A stretch of 32,000 bases of DNA, taken from the NCBI RefSeq assembly GCF_042660085.1, contig NZ_JBHSTI010000002.1, positions 420,001 through 452,000 on the forward strand, in the 5' to 3' direction. Below, one piece after another: positions 16,472 to 24,623 of this stretch. Each line of letters opens with the position of its first letter. Positions within the stretch are counted from its first letter, which is position 1. The notes beneath the pieces are model-generated. The model saw nothing but the letters and a program-made list of their open reading frames with translations, made no database searches and was not told the origin of the DNA. Both the position numbers and the translations under genes were made by a program. The stretch is from Longivirga aurantiaca (GTDB lineage: Bacteria > Actinomycetota > Actinomycetes > S36-B12 > CAIYMF01).

Positions 16472-16862
16472 GGGTCCTCCTGGCAGTCGTGCACTGATCG
16501 CCCGGGCGTGGTCACGGGTGCCGTGGTCCGCTTCCGACGCTACCCGCGGCGCTGCCGGGTGGCGCGTCCGCGGCGCAGCGGCGGGGACGGCGTGGGTCAG
16601 GCGGGGGTCGGGGCGAGCAGGGCGCTGAGTGCGGCTTCACGCTCCTGGCCTGCTCCGACTCGTTCGGGCCGCGCACCCGCGGAGTCGAGACGCTGCGTCC
16701 GGATGCAGAGTCCTGCTCACCTGGCGTCATCGGGACGCTGCCTGACACCCGTGCGTGGCTCCCGTGGGTCGCAGCCACGGTGACCTTCGATGTCCTGCCG
16801 CTCGAGGGCGCTCGACCGCAGCACAGCGTTGTCTCGTCTTCATAACGGTTCGTTACGGACTT

Positions 16863-16892
16863 CTTTCGAACCTCTTGCAAAAGGATCGAAAA
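16863..16892. promoter_or_regulatory. imperfect inverted repeat in the AT-richest patch of the window, upstream of the DeoR gene
   Basis: CTTTCGAACC-N10-GGATCGAAAA (8 of 10 positions complementary). It is preceded by TAACGG/TTACGG half-sites and is a likely promoter/operator region. Confidence 0.35.
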
Positions 16893-16966
16893 CAAGTGAA
16901 GGTCGGCATGTGACCCCGACCACGTCCGCCGCCCTCAGCGCCGTCCCGGCGCGCGAGGAGCAGGGC

Positions 16967-17749
16967 GTGCCCGCCGAGCTGCGGCAGGCCCGCACTGCTG
17001 CGCTGGTGGAGAACGAGGGCTTCCTGCGCGTCACCGACCTCGCCGACCGCTTCGGTGTCTCGACCGTCACCGTCCGCTCGGACCTCACAGCGCTGGAGTC
17101 CGCGGGCCTCGTGCGCCGCGTGCGCGGGGGAGCGGTCGCGAGCGGCGCGGGCGTCGCCGAGCAGCCGCTCGAGACCGCGGCCGCCGTCGCGGCCCGGCAG
17201 AAGTCGGCCATCGGCCAGCGCTGCGCCGCGATGGTGTCGCACGGCGACGTCGTCCTCCTCGACGTCGGGTCGACCACCACCGCGATCGCCGCGGCGCTGC
17301 GCGACCGCCCCGATCTGAGCGACGTCACCGTGGTGACCAACGCCCTCAACATCGCGCTGCTGCTCGAGCCCGCAGCCGTCGCCGGGCGCATCTCGATCAT
17401 CGTCGCCGGCGGCACGGTGCGCCCGCTGCAGCACTCGCTCGTGAACCCCTACGCCACGCTCCTGCTCGAGCGGCTGTCCGCGCACCTCGCGTTCATCGGC
17501 TGCAACGGCGTGGACGTGCGCGGGGGCGTCACCAACCGCAACGTCGCCGAGGGCGAGATCAAGCGCGCGATGGTCGCAGCCACACGCCGCTCGGTCGTCG
17601 TCGCCGACGGCACCAAGCTCGGCGAGGTCGAGGTGGCGCGCGTGTGCGACCTCGCCGACGTCGATCACCTCGTCACCGACGCTGGGGCGGACCCCGACGT
17701 GGTGGCGAACATCCGATCCGCCGGGCTGTCGGTAGACGTCGTCGGATGA
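16967..17749 (+). CDS. DeoR/GlpR-family transcriptional regulator
   Basis: HTH is FLRVTDLADRFGVSTVTVRSDLTALESAGLVRRVRGGAV, followed by a DeoR C-terminal sugar-phosphate-binding domain. GGAG lies 6 nt upstream of GTG 16967. The alternative GTG 16910 also has an RBS (GAAGG). Confidence 0.88.
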   Translation: MPAELRQARTAALVENEGFLRVTDLADRFGVSTVTVRSDLTALESAGLVRRVRGGAVASGAGVAEQPLETAAAVAARQKSAIGQRCAAMVSHGDVVLLDVGSTTTAIAAALRDRPDLSDVTVVTNALNIALLLEPAAVAGRISIIVAGGTVRPLQHSLVNPYATLLLERLSAHLAFIGCNGVDVRGGVTNRNVAEGEIKRAMVAATRRSVVVADGTKLGEVEVARVCDLADVDHLVTDAGADPDVVANIRSAGLSVDVVG

Positions 17750-17873
17750 CCGGGGGCGGCGCCGCTCGTGAGCAGCCGCCCCACCTGCACCACACCCACG
17801 TGCCGCCCGGCACGCGGGGGGAGACGTCGGCCGCGTGCGGACGACGACACGGAAAGTACAACGAGGAGTGCGC

Positions 17874-19223
17874 ATGCGGATTCGCAAGTCACTGGTGATC
17901 CTGCCGCTCGGTACGGCGCTGCTTCTGAGCGCCTGCGCGAGCACGAGCAACGACGGCGGTTCGAGCGGCAGCGCGTCGCCGACCGCATCGGCCAGCGAGT
18001 CGGTCGCAGCCGTCGACCTGCGTTGGCGCACCCGGCCTGACAACCAGGCCGAGGCCGACGTCTACAAGGGCATCTCGGACGCCATCACCGCCAAGGGTGT
18101 CGGGCTCAACCTGACCTACGAGGCCGGCAACTCCGAGGGCTCGCCCTACCAGGACAAGCTCAAGACCGAGCTCGGCGCGGGCACCGCCCCCGACGTGTTC
18201 TGGATCCCCGGCACCGACATCGCGGACTTCGCGAAGGCCGGCCTGATCCTCAACTTCGCCGACGAGGCGGCCACGGCCGGTCTCAACCCGACCGACTTCT
18301 ACGAGGGCCCGATCGCCTCGCTGACGGTCGACCCGGCGTCGGGCCAGCCCGCCGATGGCTTCCTCTGGGGCATCCCGCGCGACGTCTCGACGTTCGCGCT
18401 GTACCTCAACCTCGACCTCATCGACAAGGCTGGGGCCGAGAACCCGATCGAGCTCGCGAAGAACGGCGAGTGGACCTGGGACAAGTTCGCCGAGGTCGCG
18501 GACAAGATCACCGCTGACGGCGGCAAGGGCGTCAAGGGCTTCGCCGCCAACTCGTGGTGGGCCAACTACGGCTACTTCATCAACTCGGCCGGTGGCTCGT
18601 TCTTCAGCGAGGACCGCACGAAGTGCAACCTCGACTCGGCCGAGTCGGTCGCGGGCATGAAGTTCTTCAAGGACCTCTACGACTCCGGCAGCACCGTCAA
18701 GTTCGGTGAGGACGGCGAGCCCCCCTTCAAGGGCGGCACGGTCGGCATGTTCATGAACGGTCGCTGGGCCACCCCCGGCAGCCGTGAGATCAAGGACTTC
18801 AACTGGGACGTCGCGCCGCTGCCCACGGGCGCTGCTCCCGGCAAGAACTGGCAGTTCTGGGGCGCGTACGTGATCAACGCGAAGACCGCCAACCCCGCGG
18901 CAGCGGTGAAGCTCGTCCAGGAGCTCACCTCGGCCGAGGTCCAGGGCCAGATCTCCGAGCTCGGCGCGAACATCCCGTCCCGCAAGGGTGACGACGTGAT
19001 CGCCAAGTTCCTCACCTTCACGCCGCCCACCAACAACCAGGCGTTCGTCGACGGGATCACCAACGACCCGGTCGCCGAGGGCCCGCTCTGGAAGGGCAAC
19101 TGGCCCGCGTTCGACAAGGCCAGCAACGACAAGATCAACGCGCTCATGAACGGCCAGATCACGATCGACGAGTACGCCTCGTCGGTGTGCAAGGCCACCG
19201 TGGACGCGGGCGCCTTCGAGTAG
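17874..19223 (+). CDS. carbohydrate ABC transporter substrate-binding lipoprotein (family 1 SBP)
   Basis: GAGGAG lies 5 nt upstream of ATG 17874. The signal plus lipobox is LGTALLLSAC. The overall pattern is a sugar-binding SBP, 449 aa. Confidence 0.85.
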   Translation: MRIRKSLVILPLGTALLLSACASTSNDGGSSGSASPTASASESVAAVDLRWRTRPDNQAEADVYKGISDAITAKGVGLNLTYEAGNSEGSPYQDKLKTELGAGTAPDVFWIPGTDIADFAKAGLILNFADEAATAGLNPTDFYEGPIASLTVDPASGQPADGFLWGIPRDVSTFALYLNLDLIDKAGAENPIELAKNGEWTWDKFAEVADKITADGGKGVKGFAANSWWANYGYFINSAGGSFFSEDRTKCNLDSAESVAGMKFFKDLYDSGSTVKFGEDGEPPFKGGTVGMFMNGRWATPGSREIKDFNWDVAPLPTGAAPGKNWQFWGAYVINAKTANPAAAVKLVQELTSAEVQGQISELGANIPSRKGDDVIAKFLTFTPPTNNQAFVDGITNDPVAEGPLWKGNWPAFDKASNDKINALMNGQITIDEYASSVCKATVDAGAFE

Positions 19224-19239
19224 CACCCGCACGACCGGC

Positions 19240-19273
19240 TCGCGGGGGCGGGTCACCCGACCCGCCCCCGCGA
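19240..19273 (+). terminator. very strong stem-loop between the SBP and permease genes (attenuator or mRNA stabiliser)
   Basis: TCGCGGGGGCGGGT-cacccg-ACCCGCCCCCGCGA, a 14-bp perfect stem starting 17 nt after the SBP stop. Confidence 0.5.
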
Positions 19274-19415
19274 CGCCGCGCACGTCCACCGTCCCAGCGC
19301 CCCTCGTCGCCCGGGACCGGAACGCCCCGTTCGAGGGTGTGCCGACGGCGCCTCCCGGCGCCCCAGGCCCCTCCACCTCGCGCACCCGTACGCACCCACG
19401 ACTCAGGGACGTCCC

Positions 19416-21080
19416 ATGAGCACAGCCGCACCTCCCGCGGTGGACACCACCACCGCGGTACCCGAGCCACCGGTGGAGCCCAGCGGCTTCGCGGTGCGAC
19501 TCCGTCTCGTCCAGGCCTGGCACCTGCTGCTCGCCCTCGGGTGCGCCTTCATCCTGCTCAACATCGCCAACGGCGCCTGGAAGCTCGAGTCGCTGCCCCG
19601 CAGCGCCGTCGCTGCCATCGGCGTCCTCGGCCTGGTGGGCAACCTGCTCGCGGTGCTGCTCATCGCCCGCGGCCGCCATGTCGCCCGGGGCGTCTCCTTC
19701 ACCCTCCTGTACGCCACGATCCTCGGCGCGGTGGCTCTCCTGGCGGAGGTGCTCGGCCTCTACGAGGGCCTCGACCTGTTCGCTGGAGCGTTCCAGGCCG
19801 CCTTCTGGCAGCTCGTCATCGTCGGCGTCGGCATCGCGTGGTGGGTCATCGCCCGCCGGATCGAGAAGCGGGTGGGCGAAGGCACCGCTGCTGCCGCCGC
19901 CGCGATGTGGCTCGGCCGTCTCGGCCTGCTCGCCGCAGCCGTGGGAGCGGTGTGGTGGCTCATCGTCATCGACATCCCGGCCGGCATCACGTTCATCCTC
20001 GACAACGCCAAGGCCTCGCCGGTGCAGGCGACCGCCTACCTCCTGGTCACCGTCGGCAGCATCCTCGCCGCCCGGATCATGTGGTCGCAGGAGGCGGCGC
20101 TGCACTTCAGCGCCACTGCCAAGCAGGCGGACCGCATGGTCGGCTGGCTCTACCTCTCGCCGAACCTCGTCGGCTTCCTGGCGTTCTTCGCCTTCCCGCT
20201 CGCGTTCTCGCTCGTGATCTCGTTCTTCCGCTGGGACGGGCTCACGTCCCCGACGTTCATCGGGCTCGAGAACTATGCGACGACCGTCACGGACCCGCTG
20301 TTCCACAAGTCGCTCACGAACATCTTCTGGTTCATGATCCTGGCGGTCCCGCTCTCGGTCGTGAGCGCTCTGATCCTCGCGGTGCTCATCCACACGAACT
20401 ACCCGGGCGTGAAGCTCTTCCGCGCGGTCTTCTTCGTGCCCAGCGTCGCCGGCGTCATCGGCGTCACGCTGATCTGGAAGCGGCTCTTCAACGCGCAGAG
20501 CGGCACGATCAACTGGGTGCTCGGCACCTGGGGCCAGTGGGTCAACAGCGTCCTTCCGGGCGACCCGCTCCCTGAACAGGTCGAGATCGGCTGGCTGTCC
20601 GACCCGTCGGCGCCGTTCGGCCTCCCGGACTACTGGTGGATGCCCTCCATCGCGCTGATCACCGTCGTGATCGTCTTCTCGTGGGCCCAGTTCGGCTTCA
20701 ACACCGTGCTCTTCTCCGCGGGCCTGCAGTCGATCAGCAAGGAGCTCTACGAGGCCGCCGAGCTCGACGGCGCGAACGCGTGGCAGCGCTTCCGCAACGT
20801 GACGCTCCCGTCGCTTCGGTCCACGACGTTCTTCGTGACCGCCACGACCGTGATCCTCTGTCTGCAGCTGTTCGACATCGTCTACGCGCTGAACCAGCCG
20901 AACCCGGTGGGCTTCCCGAACAACGCGACGCTCACACCGGTCGTGTACCTGTACCAGCTCGGCTTCCAGCAGAACGCGTTCGGACTGGCGTCCGCGGTGG
21001 CCTGGGTGCTGTTCATCTTCATCTTCATCTTCACGCTGGCCCAGTTCCGCCGTCAGCGCGCAGAAGTGGAGGGCTCCTGA
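19416..21080 (+). CDS. carbohydrate ABC transporter permease (MalF/UgpA-like) with a roughly 240-aa polytopic N-terminal extension
   Basis: The C-terminal 310 aa has the canonical layout, including the EAA-type loop YEAAELDGANAWQRFRNVTLP. The N-terminal 240 aa shows about 6 extra hydrophobic helices with high third-position GC. Confidence 0.85.
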   Translation: MSTAAPPAVDTTTAVPEPPVEPSGFAVRLRLVQAWHLLLALGCAFILLNIANGAWKLESLPRSAVAAIGVLGLVGNLLAVLLIARGRHVARGVSFTLLYATILGAVALLAEVLGLYEGLDLFAGAFQAAFWQLVIVGVGIAWWVIARRIEKRVGEGTAAAAAAMWLGRLGLLAAAVGAVWWLIVIDIPAGITFILDNAKASPVQATAYLLVTVGSILAARIMWSQEAALHFSATAKQADRMVGWLYLSPNLVGFLAFFAFPLAFSLVISFFRWDGLTSPTFIGLENYATTVTDPLFHKSLTNIFWFMILAVPLSVVSALILAVLIHTNYPGVKLFRAVFFVPSVAGVIGVTLIWKRLFNAQSGTINWVLGTWGQWVNSVLPGDPLPEQVEIGWLSDPSAPFGLPDYWWMPSIALITVVIVFSWAQFGFNTVLFSAGLQSISKELYEAAELDGANAWQRFRNVTLPSLRSTTFFVTATTVILCLQLFDIVYALNQPNPVGFPNNATLTPVVYLYQLGFQQNAFGLASAVAWVLFIFIFIFTLAQFRRQRAEVEGS

Positions 21081-22300
21081 TGTCCGGTACGTCGACCCGG
21101 CGCAAGGCGCGGGGCTTCAAGGAGAAGTCGGCGCGGGGATCTGTCTATCTGATCCTCGGCGTCGCGGGCCTCATCGTCCTCATCCCGTTCCTGCTGGCAT
21201 TCCTCGGCTCGTTCAAGACCGCGGAGGACATCAACACCTATCCGCCGCGACTCCTGCCGTACCAGCCGACCACGACCCAGATCGACGGCGTGGAGTACCC
21301 CGTCTTCACGGTGACCGTGGGCGACACCTCGCAGGAGCTGGCCCAGGTCGCGGGCGGCAAGAGCGCCAACGAGTACCGAAGCGTGGCGACGAACGAGACG
21401 GTCGTGTTCACGACCGAGGAGAACGTCACGCCGACCGGTCAGACCGTCGAGGTCGGCGGCGAGACCCGCGAGGTCTTCACGTACACGCCCCCGGGCGGTG
21501 AGCCGGTCGAGGTCTACTTCGAGCGCACCCGCATCGTGAACGAGTACGTCGACCCCGCGAACCCGAACGCACCACCGGTCTACGCGCCGTCCACCAACGC
21601 CGTTCCCGCGGAGAGCGTGCAGTGGCGGACCGAGAACTACACCGAGGTGCTCGAGCTCAGCTCGCTCGATCGCGCACTGACCAACACGGTCCTCATCACG
21701 ATCCTCGTCGTGGTCGGCCAGGTGCTCACGAGCATCATGGGCGGCTACGCGTTCGCCCGGATCAAGTTCGCGGGCCGCGACAAGCTGTTCCTGTTCTACC
21801 TCGGATCGATCATGATCCCGTTCGTCGTCCTGCTGATCCCGCTCTACCGCCTCATGGTGACGATCGGCTGGGTGAACGACCTCGTGAGCCTCGTGATCCC
21901 GTTCGTGTTCACGGCGTACGGCACGTTCTTGATGCGCCAGTTCTTCGTCGGGATCCCGAAGGAGCTCGAGGAGGCGGCGGTCATCGACGGCGCCTCGCGA
22001 TGGCGCATCCTGTGGCAGATCTTCGTGCCGCTGTCGATCCCGGCCATCGCGACGCTGTCGACGTTCTCGTTCCTCTATGCGTGGAACTCGTTCATCTGGC
22101 CGCTGATCATCCTCGACAGCGGAAACCTCGACAACAACGTGCTGGCGGTCGCCCTGTCGACCCTCGGCGGCCGAGCGGCGGACAACGCCAACCTCGTCCT
22201 CGCCGGCGTGATGATCGCGATGCTCCCGCCGATCACGGTGTTCCTGCTGGCGCAGCGCTCCTTCGTCGAGAACGTCGCGAGCAGCGGCCTCAAGGGCTGA
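21080..22300 (+). CDS. carbohydrate ABC transporter permease (MalG-like) with a roughly 115-aa extracytoplasmic insert after TM1
   Basis: Start and stop overlap (cTGATG). The EAA loop is LEEAAVIDGASRWRILWQIFVP. A Val/Thr/Glu-rich insert lies between TM1 and TM2. Length 406 aa. Confidence 0.85.
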   Translation: MSGTSTRRKARGFKEKSARGSVYLILGVAGLIVLIPFLLAFLGSFKTAEDINTYPPRLLPYQPTTTQIDGVEYPVFTVTVGDTSQELAQVAGGKSANEYRSVATNETVVFTTEENVTPTGQTVEVGGETREVFTYTPPGGEPVEVYFERTRIVNEYVDPANPNAPPVYAPSTNAVPAESVQWRTENYTEVLELSSLDRALTNTVLITILVVVGQVLTSIMGGYAFARIKFAGRDKLFLFYLGSIMIPFVVLLIPLYRLMVTIGWVNDLVSLVIPFVFTAYGTFLMRQFFVGIPKELEEAAVIDGASRWRILWQIFVPLSIPAIATLSTFSFLYAWNSFIWPLIILDSGNLDNNVLAVALSTLGGRAADNANLVLAGVMIAMLPPITVFLLAQRSFVENVASSGLKG

Positions 22301-22315
22301 GCGGTCCGGACGCGA

Positions 22316-22349
22316 CGACGCCCCGCGCAGAGGTTCGCGCGAGGCGTCG
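22316..22349. terminator. stem-loop after the sugar-ABC operon
   Basis: CGACGCC-cc-GCGC-agaggttc-GCGC-ga-GGCGTCG, lying between convergent genes. Confidence 0.4.
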
Positions 22350-22376
22350 GGGTCACGGGCGCTGGGCCCGCTGCGG

Positions 22377-22399
22377 CAGGTCCCCGGTCAGGGGACCTG
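22377..22399. terminator. perfect 9-bp stem-loop overlapping the stop codon of the 48-aa ORF
   Basis: CAGGTCCCC-ggtca-GGGGACCTG. Confidence 0.4.
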
Positions 22400-22534
22400 C
22401 CGGGAGAAGATCTCGTCGATCTCCTGGCGGTCGGCTTCGCTGATGGCCGCGGCGCGCATCTGATCCCAGAGCGCGATCGTCTCGGCGACGTCCTCCGGAG
22501 CCAGGCTCCGGCGCAGGTCGGTGAGGGTTCCCAT
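22388..22534 (-). CDS. small hypothetical protein (48 aa), not present in the supplied ORF track
   Basis: GAGGAGG lies 9 nt upstream of ATG 22534. Translation is MGTLTDLRRSLAPEDVAETIALWDQMRAAAISEADRQEIDEIFSRQVP. Third-position GC is high, and the sequence is predicted to be helical. Confidence 0.45.
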   Translation of the reverse strand: MGTLTDLRRSLAPEDVAETIALWDQMRAAAISEADRQEIDEIFSRQVP

Positions 22535-22589
22535 GTGCGGTCACCTCCTCTCGTCTCGGGGACGCGGCCTCGTGAGCTGCGTCCGTCAG

Positions 22590-22622
22590 GAGCGCGACCC
22601 GGGTTCTCCGGGTCCTGCGCTC
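22590..22622. other. bulged GC-rich hairpin in the intergenic region
   Basis: GAGCGC-GACCCGG-gttct-CCGGGTC-ct-GCGCTC, giving 13 bp with a 2-nt bulge. Confidence 0.5.
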
Positions 22623-22687
22623 TGTCCATGACAACGCTTTCATCGGTCCGTGAACTCCGTGTTCTGACCCCGTGTCAGCGAGGTGAA

Positions 22688-22709
22688 CGTCACCCGTGAC
22701 GGCCGTCAC
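22688..22709. promoter_or_regulatory. overlapping GTCAC/GTGAC palindromes (operator candidate)
   Basis: CGTCAC-cc-GTGACG overlaps the 14-bp perfect palindrome GTGACGGCCGTCAC. It lies in the lower-GC part of the divergent region. Confidence 0.4.
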
Positions 22710-22810
22710 AGCAGGTCAGGGGCCTGGGCGGGGTGCCGGTGCGGCTCAGGGTCGGTCGGGGGTCGGGCCCTGAGGCCAGGGCCTGCTGCGGGCACCTAGC
22801 GTCGGCTGCG

Positions 22811-22853
22811 GATCGCCCGACCGGCAGGGGACACCTTGCCGGACCGGGCGATC
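22811..22853 (+). promoter_or_regulatory. long bulged hairpin in the putative 5' leader of the ABC-2 exporter genes
   Basis: GATCGCCCG-a-CCGGCA-(10-nt loop)-TGCCGG-ac-CGGGCGATC, giving 15 bp. It ends 57 nt before ATG 22911. Confidence 0.45.
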
Positions 22854-22910
22854 CGCCACGATGGACGAGACGCGCACCGTCGGCACCGGCCGGCGGGAGA
22901 GGGGACAGCG

Positions 22911-23825
22911 ATGGCGGTCGAGGCACTCGGCCTGGGCAAGAACTACGGCGCGGTACGGGCCGTGGACGATCTCAGCTTCACGCTCGAGCCAGGGTCGGTG
23001 ACCGGCTTCCTCGGTCCGAACGGCGCGGGCAAGTCCACGACGATGCGCCTGATGCTCGGGCTCGACTCGGGCGACGGGCAGACACTGTGGGACGGCGGTC
23101 GGCTCTCCGAACGGGTCCCCGTCACGCGGACGGTGGGCGCGCACCTCGACGCCCGGTTCTTCCACCCGTCGCGCACCGCTCGCAACCACCTGAGGATGCT
23201 CGCGACCGAGGCCTCGGTGCCGACGTCCCGCGTCGACGACGTGCTGCGCCTGGTCGGCCTCGCCGAGGTCGCCGACAAGCGCCCGTCGGGCTTCTCCCTC
23301 GGCATGGCGCAGCGGCTCGGCCTCGCCGGCGCGATCCTCGCCGAGCCCGACGTCCTGCTCCTCGACGAGCCGGCGAACGGGCTGGACCCGCAGTCGATCC
23401 AGTGGCTGCGCGACTTCCTGCGCGCGTACGCGGCCCAGGGCAAGGTCGTGTTCGTCTCGAGCCACCTGCTCTCGGAGATGCAGCAGATGGCCGAGCACCT
23501 GGTGGTCATCGCGAAGGGACGGCTCATCGCGGACGAGTCGCTCGACTCGTTCGTCGCCCGCAGCACGCGCAACGACGTCCTCGTGCGCGTCTCCGACCCG
23601 GCTGCCCTTGCCGCTGCCCTCGCAGCCGAAGGCCTGACAGCGGTGCCGGAGGGGGAGGACGGTCTCGCGGTCGCGACATCGGACACCGACCGGATCGGTG
23701 AGGCAGCGTTCCGAGCCGGCCTCTCGGTGCGCGAGCTCACGCGGCGCACGGCCAGCCTCGAGGAGGCCTTCCTCGAGCTCACCACGGGCGAGCAGCAGTT
23801 CCAGACCGGTGGGGGTGCGGCATGA
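22911..23825 (+). CDS. ABC transporter ATP-binding protein (ABC-2 / DrrA-BcrA-like subgroup)
   Basis: Walker A is GPNGAGKST, the signature variant is FSLGMAQRL, and Walker B is LLLDEPANGLD. A purine-rich RBS (GGGAGAGGGGA) lies upstream of ATG 22911. Confidence 0.9.
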   Translation: MAVEALGLGKNYGAVRAVDDLSFTLEPGSVTGFLGPNGAGKSTTMRLMLGLDSGDGQTLWDGGRLSERVPVTRTVGAHLDARFFHPSRTARNHLRMLATEASVPTSRVDDVLRLVGLAEVADKRPSGFSLGMAQRLGLAGAILAEPDVLLLDEPANGLDPQSIQWLRDFLRAYAAQGKVVFVSSHLLSEMQQMAEHLVVIAKGRLIADESLDSFVARSTRNDVLVRVSDPAALAAALAAEGLTAVPEGEDGLAVATSDTDRIGEAAFRAGLSVRELTRRTASLEEAFLELTTGEQQFQTGGGAA

Positions 23826-24592
23826 TCGCCGCCCTGCGCTACGAGTGGATGCGCCTCACGACCATCCGCTCCACCAAGCTCGCGCTCGCCTTCGCCCTCG
23901 TGATCTCGACCGGGCTGGGCTGGCTCATCGCAGCACCGAGCACGATGTACGACGAGTTCGGCAACGTGGTCGGCGAGGAGGCCGGCGACTGGTACGGCGC
24001 CTTCGGCTTCCCGTTGACCCTCACCGCGGTCGTCGCGTCCGTGATCGCGTCTCAGGCGATCGGTCAGGAGTATCGCTTCGGCATCATCCGGCTCACGCTG
24101 ACGGCATTCCCGCAGCGTGCCCGCATCCTCACGGCGAAGCTCGCCGTGGTGGTGCTGGCCGCGGTGGCCATCGGGCTCCTGTCGTACCTCGGCAGCTACC
24201 TCGGCGTCGTCCTCCGTGGATACCCGAGCCCGCCGGATGGCGTCACGCCGGTGGACTCGACGTACTTCCTGCGGGGCATCGTGTTCGTCGTGCTGTGGTC
24301 GCTGGCGTCGTTCGCCCTCGCGGGCATCGTGCGCCAGACCGCGGTCGGAATCGCCGTCCCGATCATCAGCGGGCTCATCGTCGAGAACATCCTGCAGTTC
24401 GTGCTCTTCGAGCGGGCCGAGTGGCTGGCCAGGATTCTGCCGTGGTCGACCGCGTCGCGTTGGTCGGCGGCCACCGACCCGACAGGCGAGAACGTGCTCG
24501 CCGTGGGGTGGGCGGCGCTGGGCATCTTCTCCGTCTGGGTCGTGGCGTTCCTGATCCTCGAGGTTGTGGCGTTCCTGCGCCGCGACGCCTGA
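23822..24592 (+). CDS. ABC-2 family transporter permease
   Basis: ATGA overlap with the ATPase gene. About 6 TM helices. The N-terminus MIAALRYEWMRLTTIRSTK is typical of this family. Confidence 0.8.
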   Translation: MIAALRYEWMRLTTIRSTKLALAFALVISTGLGWLIAAPSTMYDEFGNVVGEEAGDWYGAFGFPLTLTAVVASVIASQAIGQEYRFGIIRLTLTAFPQRARILTAKLAVVVLAAVAIGLLSYLGSYLGVVLRGYPSPPDGVTPVDSTYFLRGIVFVVLWSLASFALAGIVRQTAVGIAVPIISGLIVENILQFVLFERAEWLARILPWSTASRWSAATDPTGENVLAVGWAALGIFSVWVVAFLILEVVAFLRRDA

Positions 24593-24611
24593 GCAGGGCG
24601 GCGCCGCTCCC

Positions 24612-24617
24612 TAGACT
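24612..24617 (+). promoter_or_regulatory. -10-like hexamer TAGACT, 6 nt before GTG 24624 (leaderless-type promoter for crcB)
   Basis: TANNNT hexamer, then the 6-nt spacer ccgcac, then GTG, all inside a 31-nt intergenic gap. Confidence 0.4.
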
Positions 24618-24623
24618 CCGCAC

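Noticed and set aside
16512-16895. 127-aa minus-strand ORF in the arsM-DeoR spacer (looked for an ArsR-like regulator)
   Set aside because: It is Ser/Arg/Pro/Gly-rich with no HTH pattern. Its third-position GC is weaker than in neighbouring genes, and its start lies in the AT-rich promoter patch. The other frames are closed or lack start codons.
17889-20393. 834-aa minus-strand ORF spanning the sugar SBP and permease genes
   Set aside because: It is antisense to two ORFs with clear family motifs. The translation is Arg/Gly/Asp/Glu/Pro-rich low complexity with no motifs. This is the typical stop-codon-poor shadow frame of high-GC DNA.
22836-22910. TTG 22836 as the start of the ABC ATPase (track ORF start)
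   Set aside because: It lies inside the 15-bp hairpin, and the added 25 residues are Arg/His-rich. ATG 22911 has a purine-rich RBS and gives the canonical N-terminus (MAVEALGLGKNYG).
24593-24623. Fluoride (crcB-motif) riboswitch upstream of crcB. I also searched the exporter leader at 22740-22910.
   Set aside because: The crcB intergenic gap is only 31 nt. In the upstream leader I could not find the conserved GGCGAUGG...CGCC / AAAC / CUGAUG...CCUAC arrangement. GGGCGATCCGCC...GATGG is only a superficial resemblance. A covariance-model scan is still advisable.
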